Shown piece by piece: positions 27,593 to 40,149 of a stretch of DNA of 64,000 nt. The translations under genes and the position numbers were made by a program. Under the pieces are notes generated by a model, which made no database searches, had not been told where the DNA came from, and saw only the letters and a list, made by a program, of their open reading frames with translations. How positions within the stretch are numbered: the stretch's first letter is position 1; each line of letters opens with the position of its first letter. The stretch is taken from the NCBI RefSeq assembly GCF_964355755.1, contig NC_092671.1:33366304-33430303 (forward strand), given 5' to 3'. The stretch is from Antedon mediterranea. Lineage: Eukaryota > Animalia > Echinodermata.

Positions 27593-27780
27593 CTAGCCTG
27601 ACGTTGTATAGTTGCTGCATTAATTGTGTTTCTATTTTTGCCAGACTCCGTTGATACAAATTGGGGTAAAAACTAGGAGTCTTCTATTTGTTTTGGCCTC
27701 ACAATCGATCGAAAAGTGGGTGAATTACAGAAGAAAAACAAAATATCAACCTGCGCGCAATGCATTTTGGGATTTATAGC
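27593..27780 (-). promoter_or_regulatory. Candidate promoter plus non-coding first exon
   Basis: ZNF143/Staf-like GCTATAAATCCCAAAATGCA (27761-27780, minus) next to TGCGCGCA. Donor CTAG|gtatat at 27593/27592, followed by a CTAG-rich patch. Confidence 0.55.
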
Positions 27781-28685
27781 GGGCCGCTATAATTATTAGA
27801 ATCGACTTATTTTTCACATTCTCAACCATTTAAAGACAAAAAATTATCGCAATAGGACCATATAGTATTATTTTTTCATTAAATATAGTTTGTGATCTTA
27901 AATTAGATCTAAAAAACGTAGGGAAGGTATTTAAAAAAAAAAAATGAAGATACCAATTATAGCCTTTTCCTCTACCCATCTTATATTTACCTACATTCCA
28001 ACTACTGTCTGCTTTGTGTAGGTTCATAGAGTTTGTTGAATGGGGAAACAAGCCCAATGACTGATGACATACAGAGAGAGGAGAGAGGTTATCTATAAAA
28101 TTACATGAATTTGGCAGAGGATCTGAATCCAAAAGCTAAAGAATGCAATATGGTATGGGATGGGGGAGCAAGGAAGTAAAGGTGTTTCCATCACTGAAAT
28201 CTAACCTCCAATTACTTTACTGAACACATCACTGTATTATATACAAATGAGGCATGGCATCACAATACAGGCACAGAGTTACAACCCCGACTTGAGATAT
28301 TACCTTGAAGTTTGCAATGTGAACAAATTGCCTAACATAACATATCCATTTTTAGATTTTAACAAATAATGATGCCAGAAACACTTATCTTTAACATAGT
28401 GTATCAAACTCCTGTTTATGAAAAAATATGTATCTACTGTATATCTATTTTGCAATTTTTAAAGTCGTTTCTATTGAAAATCCATTAGGAAATAATACAG
28501 TTGTTCGCTCAATAATTTACATACTTTATAACGATATTGTTAAAAAAACTGCTAACCCGAATCACATCATGTTTGGTACCTATCTGTACAAAAATATATC
28601 AGAAACCATATTTGTTAACAACCTAAAGGGTTTTTTTTCTAAATATAAAGCCAATGGAAATTGGTTTTATTAACATTTCTACAGA

Positions 28686-29353
28686 GGTCGTGTTCGTACG
28701 GTGATTAAAATAAGCGCTTAATTTCACCCATGCCTCGGGTTATAAATTGAGCGTTGTTCGTACTTGAAATATTTAACCGCTTAAATGCTTAATCGACGAA
28801 TCACAAACCGGAAATTACGTTTTAAGGTCAGTTGTCTTTACAACCTACGACCCCATTTTCGCACGCTAGTTACGTGTGGTATATTTTTTACTCGCGATCT
28901 TTCTTTGCAATAACAATTACTTGCTACCTTTTACACTGCTTATCCTTGCAACAAACCTATGCCTCTTAACGCCGATAATCCTGCCGAAATATGCCTTCTC
29001 CTGACGACCATTATTTTACTCATTTTGAGCCCAATGTTACACGACGGAAACACCACCGACCAGCTAGGCCTACACCAACAAGGATAGCACTAGCTGACGA
29101 TCGCTCTCGAAGCGTGTATGGAAAAGCTTCGTAGGAGAAATGACGGGCCTAGGCAGCGAACGTTTGTCAAAATTTGACACATTGAGATTTATTATCCTCG
29201 AAGGCAGAGTATAATTGGATTATCGCTGAAATAACCTGCAAATTTGGTGAACATTTTGCCTCGAATTTTTTGTAGCCTGAGGCAAAAGTTAATTGGATCA
29301 CGCGAACGGAAATCTGGAATAAGCTGGTATTTTCAACCCCTACGAACAGGCCC
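28686..29353. mobile_element. Degenerate Harbinger-type element
   Basis: Imperfect TIR GGTCGTGTTCGTACGG / CCCTACGAACAGGCCC, TAA on the right flank, CpG-rich interior. Confidence 0.6.
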
Positions 29354-29407
29354 TAAGAGTTTGTGAAAGACAATGCTAGTACCGGTATATGTTTTCAAAC
29401 ACAAATC

Positions 29408-29494
29408 AGCCAACCCCTATTCAGTGGACACCCCTTAATAAAGGACACTCTTTTGGTCTGCAAATGGTGTCCCTGTAATAGGGGTTCTATTGTA
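29408..29494. mobile_element. Tc1/mariner-type MITE remnant (dispersed family)
   Basis: ACCCCTATTCAGTGGACACC...GTGTCCCTGTAATAGGGGTTCTATTGTA. Relatives near 8255-8420, 15826-15950, 48870-49050 and 56593. Confidence 0.6.
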
Positions 29495-29757
29495 ATGAAG
29501 GTTTATTAATTTAATACTCAGGTAAACTCTATGAGTTACAGATTACAGATGAATGGCTCTATATCCTAGAAAAAACCTATAATTAGACAACCTATCCATT
29601 TATTCTGGTCAGTTGTCACTACTACAAGGTGACAGGTAGTGATTGAAACATTTGTGTATTGCAGATGATGTTTCTAGACTAAGTGAGAAAATATTAGCTA
29701 GGTGAATGTCTAAGAAAATTAAACCATTAATAGAAATATTAGAGGGGAACATAATGT

Positions 29758-29894
29758 AATTCCGTGAGATTTTAAAGCTCAAGTTGAGTTCTTAATAGTT
29801 TTGGAATCCTCCCCCAGTTTCAATGAATTCTACTAGTCCTAAGGATTCCAAAACTGCCAAGAACTCAACTTGAGCATTAAAATCTCATGGAATT
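29758..29894. repeat. Inverted repeat, 53-bp arms with ~31-nt loop
   Basis: 29758-29810 vs 29842-29894, 5 mismatches. Confidence 0.9.
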
Positions 29895-30031
29895 GATATT
29901 TGGAACATAGGTTCGCCACTATATGTAATGTTAACTAATTCCGTCATTATTTCTGGTTGCTCTATTTTAATTTCAGAAAAAAATGCAAATGTTCAATTTA
30001 AACAAGCTCACAATTTAGTAGAATATTATTT

Positions 30032-31150
30032 TTAAGGCCAAAAAAAAAAAATTATTGTGTTGGCCACGCCCGACCAACCTTAAACTGACGAAAATAAAGG
30101 TCGGTTTTTTTTTGGTTTTTTTTAGCCAAAAACGGCAATTGTGAAACCAAATGGTGAAAAAATATTGTCTTATTCGCCAAATTGGCGAATATATTTCACC
30201 TCCGCCGGACGTTTAAAAAAAAGAAGCGTGCAACCAACCGTGAATCGATCACCTGATAACCAGAATACGCGATTATCAATTTTGGGAGGATCCAAGTTTT
30301 AACTAAATAAATGTTTTGATTACACAGTGGTTGAGACACGTTTTTAATAGTTATCAAATTTTTAAACCCCCTCATAAATAATGGACTCTACCAATGTTGA
30401 TCTGCAAAGAACAACAGATCGTACATCGCATGAGGTTGTTGAGGCGGTGTTTTTTGGTTTTACTATACAGTACTACGATCCAATTACAAACTTGTTAAAT
30501 GATTTAAAAGGCATGGATTCGCCCATGGAGTAAAGTTACTCCATGATTCGCCAAGCAAGTAGGCCTATACGTTTAATAAAAATTTACCCAAGATTGTCGT
30601 AAGCTCTTTTGTTCAAACTTGTTATTTATTTAGCAGTAATCCACCCGTTCCGGCATGCATGCTAGGCCTCTAGCCGGGCCAGCCTAGGCCTACTCCTCGC
30701 TTGATCGATCGATGACGCTGGTAGGGAATTTCCCCGCGATAAGAAATCGGCGAAATATACTCATAAACGACCTACATTTTAATGTTATATCTTTAATGCC
30801 TGGCCAGTGTAATTACGTATGGATAAAACAATATAAAACTCAATATTTTTCATCTGAAATAATATGTTAACTCGCGTAATGTAACATATAACACGTAGGC
30901 CTAAATAGTTTATTTCGGTATTGATTGTTTTTGGGTTTATGGTAGCCAGGCCATGAAGGACATAGACATAGCAGCCCTAGGCCTATGCCTCAAAAAGCTA
31001 TAGGCATACGTTTATTTAATAAACCTTTTTTCAACTTTTGTTGAAACAATAATTTTATCTAGTGTTAGTCTAGGGTGCTATGAAAAGTGTTTTTAAAGTC
31101 TTTTTGTATCATTTGTGTAAATTGTTTATTTTTTTGCCGGCACACATTAA
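30032..31150. mobile_element. Probable truncated DNA-transposon-like element, family uncertain
   Basis: Begins TTAAGGCC(A)n...CGCCCGACCAACC, with a CpG- and TAGGCCTA-rich interior. No matching right end seen. Confidence 0.45.
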
Positions 31151-31259
31151 ATTCAAAAAATAATATAATTGGTATTATACTGTTTTAAATATTAAACAAA
31201 CTGACTATACTCTTCAAAACAGATCATCCCAAAACTATCGAGTTAAACAAAGTCAAAGG

Positions 31260-31625
31260 GGGTACGTTTATATCCATGGAGTTATGCTTTCATATCCCAA
31301 GCAATGTCATATTATAATTAACGTCGTAACAGCAAAGTGTTCAGACTCGCTGAACCTAAGATTTTGTTAGAAACTGAAGTGTCGCTGAACATCTGGTATG
31401 CAGGAGTAAATTTGATTGGTTGCAGGTCAAAATCATTGATGCATCACTTTCATAACGTAAAAGTCGTTTACTAATCTTGTACCTTGAGTTGTCATAACGA
31501 ACGAAAGATCAGTGTCATAAGAGGTGGCTTCCACTAATCTTTTCCTGGTTCAGACCTTTGGAGTTAAGTTGTAAGCCGTGTATGATACGAAAGCATACAG
31601 TAACTCTGTAGGTCTGAACAGGCTC
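31260..31625 (+). mobile_element. Harbinger-type MITE copy A
   Basis: Ends GGGTACGTTTATATCCATGGAGTTATGC / ...GGTCTGAACAGGCTC. Colinear with 33730-34090. Confidence 0.85.
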
Positions 31626-32429
31626 TAAAAACAAATGGAAAATCTAAAAACTACAGTTGGTCTAGCTCAAAAATATCCAAAATTTTGAATAATTTTTTTT
31701 TAAATGAATACATTTAGTTATTCAATTCAATTAAACTTTGATTTCAGACAATTGTCCATTCCATATGGTATAATACATTACACAAAAAAAAGATGAAGGA
31801 GAGAGGAAATATGAAAGTACTTATTGTTTCACAACTAAACCGACTCTTTAACATTTTCAGCGAACTAGCTTTTTACAGTAGATGTATATTTAATAAGTAT
31901 AGCACACCCAACTACACATTTACTTCTAATATACACCATATGCAAGTCAAATTCTTGGGTGCAGTGATCTTTTAAACCGATTTCATTATTTTATAGACCA
32001 AAGATTTAGGCTCTCACTTTTAAAGATGTACCAAATTCCAAAGATCCCCTTCCTCCTCTTCCACACTATTTCAACATTTTGTATCTCTCCTTGTGATGCA
32101 TATGAATTATTTTTCAGGACAATACATTTTTAGCTGGCGTTTTCTACATTAGCTGTTGTAACATGCACACGCGTGCCTGATGAGAACACTAATCAATTCC
32201 ACATAACCTAATAAGAACTGCCAATTGAAAATACCACAATGAATAATGAGTTGATAAAATAAAACAACAATATCTTATAGTCATTTTTTAACAAGGATAT
32301 GGAAAAATAAGCAATACAATTAAAAGGTAAACAACATTTCCAGGTGATCCCTTGTTTGCGGTCATCATCATTGTTATGTTAAACTGGATTTAATATAATC
32401 TTAGATTTTAGAAGAAAGAATTAATCCAA

Positions 32430-32494
32430 CTAAATCTCTGAAATATGATTCAACACAAAATTATTTTGTGTTGAATCATATTTCAGAGATTTAG
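32430..32494. repeat. Perfect palindrome, 32-bp arms with 1-nt spacer
   Basis: CTAAATCTCTGAAATATGATTCAACACAAAAT-T-ATTTTGTGTTGAATCATATTTCAGAGATTTAG. Confidence 0.95.
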
Positions 32495-32659
32495 AAAAAA
32501 AAAAGGTTTTTTTTTTTATTACAAAACCACTGATTACTTTTGAAAAAAAATACCTGTAAGTGTGAATATTTGTTAATGTGTAGATTAAAACACTTTTTTT
32601 ATTTTAGCTAAAAATAATTATGATGCCAGACACCTGGCATAAAGGAATCCTTGCAAAAA

Positions 32660-33126
32660 CCGTACTGACGCGGGTATAAGCCCATCCCCCTTGGACATGA
32701 AATCACGTCAAGTTTGGGGGGTGGGCTTATACCCGAGGATCCAAAAATGCAGATCGTCAAAAACAGCACATGTACACTGTGTATTCCACCATGCGAGCGA
32801 GCCCCCCTCCTCACGTGTACGACGTTGCCTCTAAATACACGAGGTGTAGAGTGTCGAAAAATTAAGCTTATAGTTCGTGTGATTTATCGTAGAATATCTT
32901 ATACTCATATGGCCTAGCGTATATTAGCCTAGCTTGGTTATGATCAAAGGTAGTGTATTCGGTGTATGGACGTCGCCAAATACAAAATAATGTATTACGA
33001 CACACACTGTAGATCTTCGAAGTAATGGGTGGGCTTATATCCGAGTGCCTCATTTTTCATGAAAATTAGTCAAAAGTCGGGGGTGGGCTTATACCCAAGT
33101 ATGGGCTTATACCCGCGTCAGTACGG
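32660..33126. mobile_element. Tc1/mariner (pogo/Tigger-type) MITE
   Basis: Perfect TIR CCGTACTGACGCGGGTATAAGCCCAT, TA on the right flank, internal GGGCTTATACCC repeats. Confidence 0.88.
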
Positions 33127-33481
33127 TAGTTTAAATTGCATGCATGTGTAATTTTTCTATTGCCCTTCACTTGTTTTAATTTATTTACAGTATATTTTGG
33201 CTTTTATTTTTTTAAACAAAGAGTACATTACTTCTTTTTTTAATACCAACCTTGCTTTTCAATTTTGTTACATGATATAGGGCAGCCTAACATTCTTAAT
33301 ATATGGCCAGAATGATCCAAAACCAAAATAAATTTGAAATTCATTTATATACCAACCCACCCTATGTAGTAAAATACGGTATAATAGGCTACGTCATTCT
33401 TATCTGATGTCTGAAAATCGCTTTCTGTTTTACAAGTCTGTATTTTCCAGACAAAAATCAAAACGTCGACTTTGTAACTTA

Positions 33482-34090
33482 GGGCATGTTCAAAACTACA
33501 GAGTTATGCTTTCGTATCGTACATGGTGTACACGTCTATTATGATACAAAAGTCATGCATTAACAATTTTGACCATTAACCAATCAAATTTACTCCTGCA
33601 TACCAGATGTTCGCCCAAATCGGTGACACACAGTTTGAAACGAAAGTGTTAGTTAAGCATATCTGAACACTTTTGGGTTACGACGGATAGCATAACTCCA
33701 TGGATATGAACATACCCTAACATAAAATGGTTCAGATCCATGGAGTTATGCTTTCGTATCGCAAGCAATGTCATATTATAATTAGCAACGTAACAGCAAA
33801 GTGTTCAGATTTTCTTATGTAACGCTTTCGTTTCAAACTGAATTGTCACCGATTTGGGTAAACATCTAGTATGCAGGAATAAATTTGATTGGTAACAGGT
33901 CAAAATCGTTGATGCATGACTTTCGTATCGTAAACGGCTCCGTTCATTAATCATGTACTGTACCTTGTACTGTCGTAACGAATGAAAAATCATTTGAGGT
34001 GGCTTCCACTAATCTTTTCCTGGTTAAGACCTATGGAGTTGTACGCCGTGTACAATACGAAAGCATAACTCCATAGGTCTAAACAGGCCC
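33482..34090. mobile_element. Two head-to-head Harbinger-type MITE copies (33482-33717 reverse, 33730-34090 forward)
   Basis: Same family as 31260-31625, with TTA/TAA flanks. Confidence 0.85.
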
Positions 34091-35061
34091 TTACTAAATG
34101 AAGTTATAGGCTTGAGATAAATTAACTACCACCAGTAATTACAATGATTCTACAATCACTTCGCTCTATTTAAAAAGGACATTCCATAGAAAATTAACAA
34201 ATAATAATAAATATAGTATTTTAAAAAGACCTCAAGACCAGAGAAAAATACAGTAGCTATAATTACAATAGCTCATTCTATGATTACTGTAAATAAACCA
34301 GCGTAGAAATTTAAATAAAACCTGCTACTGGTCATTAACCCTCAAATTAAAAACCAGATTGACAGCAATTTCTGTATACATAACTGTTTATTAAACAATG
34401 GCCTATATAAACAAAGACTTAAAATTAATTTCATCAACTTTGTTCAGTGTTTCTATAGTCAGTATACTGTTTGATTACCTATCTGTTGCAGACCCAATGT
34501 ACACAACTTATGCAAATAGATTAACAGTCTCTAGCCTATCAGTCATTGGCTTATATTTTCATTCAGTTGTCTGCTGAAACTTCAAATAACCAGATTATAT
34601 TGAATTATAAATTATAATAAATAGATGAATTTAAGCGAAACGTCCGTAATTTCTGCGAAAATTTGGTCAAACTATGGATGTATGATAAATACCGGTACTA
34701 CAAATATATATACAAACTATGCAAAATTATGACTTGGCCTTAAAAATCCATGGTAAAACACAATTTATAGACAAATCAACAATCCAAATAAAGGCCAATT
34801 TATACAGATGAGCGGTAAGCAGAAAAAAACCATATATAGTTTGTCCCAAATAGAATCTGTATCTTACCCTGAGTGGAAACCTCCCATCCGCTCCACACTA
34901 TGTGTAAATGGTCATAAGGAATAATATAGATTATTCAACTCATGTTGATTAATTCATCTGAATGATCAGGAAAAAAATGATGAAACTAAGCCAGGACTAT
35001 TTTAAAGCACCTTTGGCTGGTCCCAACATTGACCAATGCCTAATGGGACCCCAGCTCCATA

Positions 35062-35169
35062 TACAGCACCCGATGATCCAAGACGGTCTCCTATCCAAGC
35101 TCTAACCCGGGCCCATCGTTATTAACTTCGGTGATCTGACGAGAATTGTTTCAACGTGGTAAGGCCGTA
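35062..35169 (-). pseudogene. 5S rRNA pseudogene (or 5S-derived SINE head)
   Basis: Minus strand TACGGCCTTACCACGTTGAA...TCTCGTCAGATCACCGAAGTTAA...GGGCCCGGGTTAGAGCTTGGATAGGAGACCG...CGGGTGCTGTA is colinear with metazoan 5S. It carries indels, lacks the terminal bases, and is single copy. Confidence 0.88.
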
Positions 35170-37681
35170 TATAAAAAAATAAAATAAGGTATGTAATAAT
35201 TATAAAAAACTTAATATTGCAAAACTAGTATGTTCAAATTGCAGCCAATTTGTAAATTGCTTTGTGTAAAGTCTGATTAAATAAGGTAATGGAGCAGCCA
35301 ATGGATTAAAAATGTAATATCAAAAATGTTGTACATTTTTATGGCATGTAATAAAACTGCATTAGGGTATAATTCAAAATGACATGAATAATTACCAATG
35401 AAATCAACTGTTAAAAATATGCTTATAATCTAATTTACTGAAACCGGATGATGGAGAAATTAGTGAATAATTAAAGTAATTTGGTAAAAGTATTAAATTT
35501 TGATAATTAACATAGGTATTATAGATAAGAAGAAGAAGAATCATGTCAAAATTAGTTTACTGCAGTTGCTGAAGTTGTTGAATATTATGTTTGTTAATAG
35601 CAATCCATTTTGGGATAATCATACATACTGTTTACTGCTGTGACTGACTGAAAATGTCCACATTAGTAGGTACAACTTAAAATAGTATGCAGTGAGCAAC
35701 AGTTTTATTTTGACATGACCCATAAAAATATATTGAGAATTCCATATAAAATTCAAAATTAAATTAATATAATAGGCCTAGCATTAATGCTTAACTTTTA
35801 ATATTTTATCTGGCAATACATACTGTTTTCACAACAAAAGAATCTTAATTAATTGACCTGATAAATATATTTGTTATATGCTGTAATACATCTAGTTTGA
35901 TTCATTAATATAATATGTAAATTTGATTGTAAATAACTAAGCCAAGACCTTGGCCTACATTCTACAATCACAACTTACTAATTATAAATAGATTTGGTAT
36001 TCTTGAACAAGTCAAATTCAATATTAAACAATCCATTTTAAATGAACTCCATTTAGTTGGTTTTCACACACACACTAGACTACTATGCATGCATAGAAAA
36101 TATAGTTCCAAAACATATCAGAGTTATAACTGACAAAAGTGCTATGTGACATCAGTTAACTTTGTTATACACCTCTGTGGCATTAACTCTTGTACCTCCG
36201 ATATAAATCTAATAGGTATATTCGATAATTAATGTTAAACCATTATGCGAACGTAGGACTATAGAGTAATTACTTAATTGTAGGACAAAACAATTTTCCA
36301 ATAGAAAAGAGTGTGTTAAACATACAATATATGAAATCCCTATCTGATTGACAGGATGCCATTTTAAAGAACATAAGGTGCTGGGTATTCTAGGCTATCA
36401 CTTACATAACATATTTATAGAGGGTGCTATTTATAGCTTGAAGTTATACAACTAATAAATGCATTTAACAATTGTCAACGTACTGGAAACCTTTAAAAAA
36501 AAACAAAGCCGTGCACATTATTCTTAAAAATATTATATTCTTTATTTAACAGTGTGTGGCATGATTTTGAATGATCAAAAGTCAGGAATTTTTAAGGATA
36601 TTTTTTCACAAAAGGGGAGAAAATTTAATATCAGCTAGGTTCTGAAAGACCTATTTAATAGTATAACCACACTTCAGCTGCTGGAGAAGAAGGGGTTTGT
36701 TCAATCCCTCCTGGTTGCGGGCTTGTATAGCAACATAAATCATTGCATGATTGAAAACATGGATGAAAATATAGGTAAACCGAAGAGAAAAATACATTAC
36801 GAAAAGAAGGTTAACATATACATAAATTTCACACTCCTGCCGGATAATGGAGTAGTCATGCAACAGCGCCCTCAAGAGATGCACCCACCTAGCATCGTCA
36901 TCATTTCTTTTCGCAATGTTGTTGTGTGTTTTAACTTTGAAACAAATAAATGTTCTTAAAGTAAAAAATACAGTTACTGTAGTCAAAGTAACTGTATATT
37001 ATTGACAAGATCCCTGTTATATTATGCAACAGTTCTTCAAAATGTCAATGGCCGAAACTGATGTTATCTCCACCCCTATCAGCAGACTTTGGTAATTTAA
37101 ACGCTAGATTCGGTTGATAACCGAAAAGAAAAATTCCTGAACTTTGACCTGAAATACTATACCTTCATATTACTGACCAAACACAGACAATGTAAACTGA
37201 ACAACTAGCTGATAAACAATACAACAATGATAACTTTTGTTATAAGCCTTAAAAAATTCTGGAGTCTGGAACATGTTAGATAAAGATCATATTTCAAATA
37301 CAGTAGCTAAAAAAAAGTGTACTGTTTAGCATAAATGTTCAGTGTATTCTGAGATATATAAAAGTGCAAATCAAAAATATTATTAAAAATGAGTATTATG
37401 AGTAGTAAGATGTCATCAGGGTAAATCCTGACAAGAGCTTGTCAATTAGCTAAACACTATCCTATATCCTGCATTAATTTAAATAAAAAATAATAATCTT
37501 TCAATGTAATTAAACAATGCACAGTAATAACCCAGAAATGTTATCAATGTAAATACATGTAGTTTTTATTATTATTATTATTATTATTATAACAAAAACA
37601 ATATTTTGGTCTTAATTTCCAGTAAATTGTAAAAAGGTATACTGGATTAACTTTGTTTGCATGATAATCAACACACATTAA

Positions 37682-37867
37682 AGCTCTGTATACACTACTT
37701 TATCAAACTTTATGTGACAAAAAATGTGATGTACCAATATATGGACATGATGATGTCATATCACTACCATATTTGGGCATATTGCTACCATATTTGGTCA
37801 TATCGCTACCATATATGGGCACATCACAATTTTTTTGTCAAACTAGTTTGATAGTGTAGACAGAGCT
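37682..37867 (+). mobile_element. MITE, same family as 1914-2077
   Basis: Same TIRs and internal GGACATGATGATGTCATATCACTACCATATTTGG core. Confidence 0.85.
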
Positions 37868-38299
37868 TAATAGCCACCAAAGTAAATTTGATAAACCCGA
37901 TAAGGTTGGATGGGTCATTGGATTGGTCATGTGAGATATCTTGAAAATGTGGTAAAAATAAAAGACTTGAAACATTAACCAAAGAGCACAGCCTATCCTG
38001 GATAGGCAAGCATGTTTGTCACATACCTAAAGTGACAATTATTATGTAACACATTTTTAATTGCTTTGAAGAGGGTATAAAATACACTGTATTATCTTTT
38101 TCTCAATTTTCAACATTTCCGTAGCAAAGGGGACATCTCATCCTATAATACCATTATGTCATTTAAAGAGGATCATAATAATGTACAGAATGCTTGCTCT
38201 GAAAATGCCTGTGTGGTCTTATGTGGATTCAGAGTTTTGTTAAAATATAGGAGTAGGAGACAAGGAAGAATAGGAGGAAGGAGAGGGGAAGAGATGACA

Positions 38300-39337
38300 A
38301 GAGTTTTATTGTAGAATAGGAGGAGGAAAGTAAATCCAGAGTTTTGTTGTAGAATAGGAGGAGGAGGAAAATAAATCCCGAGTTCTGCTGTAGAATAGGA
38401 GGGTAAAGTAAATTCAGAGCATTGTTGTAGAATAGGAGGAGGGGGAAAGCGAATCCAGAGTTTTGTTGTAGAAAAGGAGGGGGGGGGGGGGGAAAGGAAA
38501 TCAAGAGTTTTGTTGTGGAATAAGATGAGTGGGAAAGGAAATCTAGAGTTTTGTTGTAGAATAGGAGGTGGGGAAAAGGAAATCCAGAGCTTTGTTGTAG
38601 AAAAGGTGGAGAGAAAAGGAAATCCAGAGTTTTGTTGTAGAAAAGGAGGAGGGGAAAGGAAATCCAGAGTTATGTTGTGGAATAGGAGGAGGGGGAAGGA
38701 AATCCAGAGCTTTGTTGTAGAATAGGTGGAGGGGGAAAGGAAATCCAGAGTTTTGTTGTAGAAAAGGAGGAGGGGAAAGGAAATCCAGAGTTATGTTGTA
38801 GAATAGGAGGAGGGGGAAGGAAATCCAGAGTTTTGTTGTGGAATAGGAGGAGGGGGAAGGAAATCCAGAGCTTTGTTGTGGAATAGGAGGAGGGGAAAGG
38901 AAATCCAGAGTTTTGTTGTAGAAAAGGAGGAGGGGAAAAGGAAATCCAGAGCTTTGTTGTAGAATGGGAGGAGAGAGAAAGGAAATCCAGAGTTTTGTTG
39001 TAGAAAAGGAGGAGGGGAAAGGAAATCCAGAGTTTTGTTGTGGAATAGGAGGAGGGAGAAGAAATCCAGAGCTTTGTTGTAGAATAGGAGGAGGTGGAAA
39101 GGAAATCCAGAGTTTTGTTGTGGAATAGGAGGAGGGAGAAGAAATCCAGAGCTTTGTTGTAGAATAGGAGGAGGGGGAAAGGAAATCCAGAGTTTTGTTG
39201 TAGAAAAGGAGGGGGGGGGGAGGAAGGAAATCTAGAGTTTTGTTGTGGAATAGGAGGAGGGGGAAGAAATCCAGAGCTTTGTTGTAGAATAGGAGGAGGG
39301 CAGGACATAGAGTTTTGTTGCAAAATAGGAGGAGGGA
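38300..39337. repeat. ~40-bp purine-rich minisatellite, about 26 copies
   Basis: Unit GGAAATCCAGAGTTTTGTTGTAGAATAGGAGGAGGGGAAA. Confidence 0.97.
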
Positions 39338-40149
39338 GATGAAGGCTATATAAAATGGAGATTTGGTTTCCACTGCATAACAATTATAAAGTGGGGAAAA
39401 AACATCTTATAAACCAGACGGAGCACTAGCAATACACATAATTACTATTAATAGATATGCACACACTGTATAATTCACAGGGTGGAGGTTTAGACACCAT
39501 AAACTACCACCACCCCCTCTGTATCTGCCTCATGGAATTTTCTATATAATAAAGATGGCAAAAACATTTTAATGATATAGAGATCAGAGATGTGGGTGTC
39601 CTCGGAGTGTGAAACGTGCATGCCGTACTTCCACAATAAAAGTTCCTGTTAAAACGATTATAGATGAAAAAGATAAATACAGTTTAACCTAAGTCTGTAG
39701 ATACAGACAGGTATAGCTTACTCTACTATCAGGACAAGTTGTAATATGGGAAGATGGTTCACCAAGAACACATGGGCCACAAGTCATTTTAGAATTCGGT
39801 TTTTTTTTTTCGAGGGGAGGACGTCAGACACCTGCATTTTAGCTGACCATCATTTACTGCACCAAGTATAACATCAGTTCTTTGACTAAGGTGTATAAGG
39901 TTTTACTTAAATTCATTACAGGCATTAGTCATGTCAATCTTGTAATGATAATAAAAATTATCATAGCTTTTTTTTTAATTTCTACCAGACATGATGATGA
40001 CCTACCACCATGCCATGTATGTTACACTATCCTATCTATTGCAAGGCCAAGAATAACATATTAAACTTGAAATAATGAGAGAATATGCAAATTTTGCGTA
40101 GTCATACTTAACTATAAGTAAAGCAGGTGAATAAAAACAGACCATTACA

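Noticed and set aside
28020-28180. Purine-rich coding-like stretch on + (also 15030-15115)
   Set aside because: In-frame stops, no consistent splice pair and no recognisable homology.
38229-39383. Long ORFs (276 aa and 237 aa) on the minus strand
   Set aside because: They are translations of a stop-poor 40-bp minisatellite, and the peptide motifs cycle through frames.
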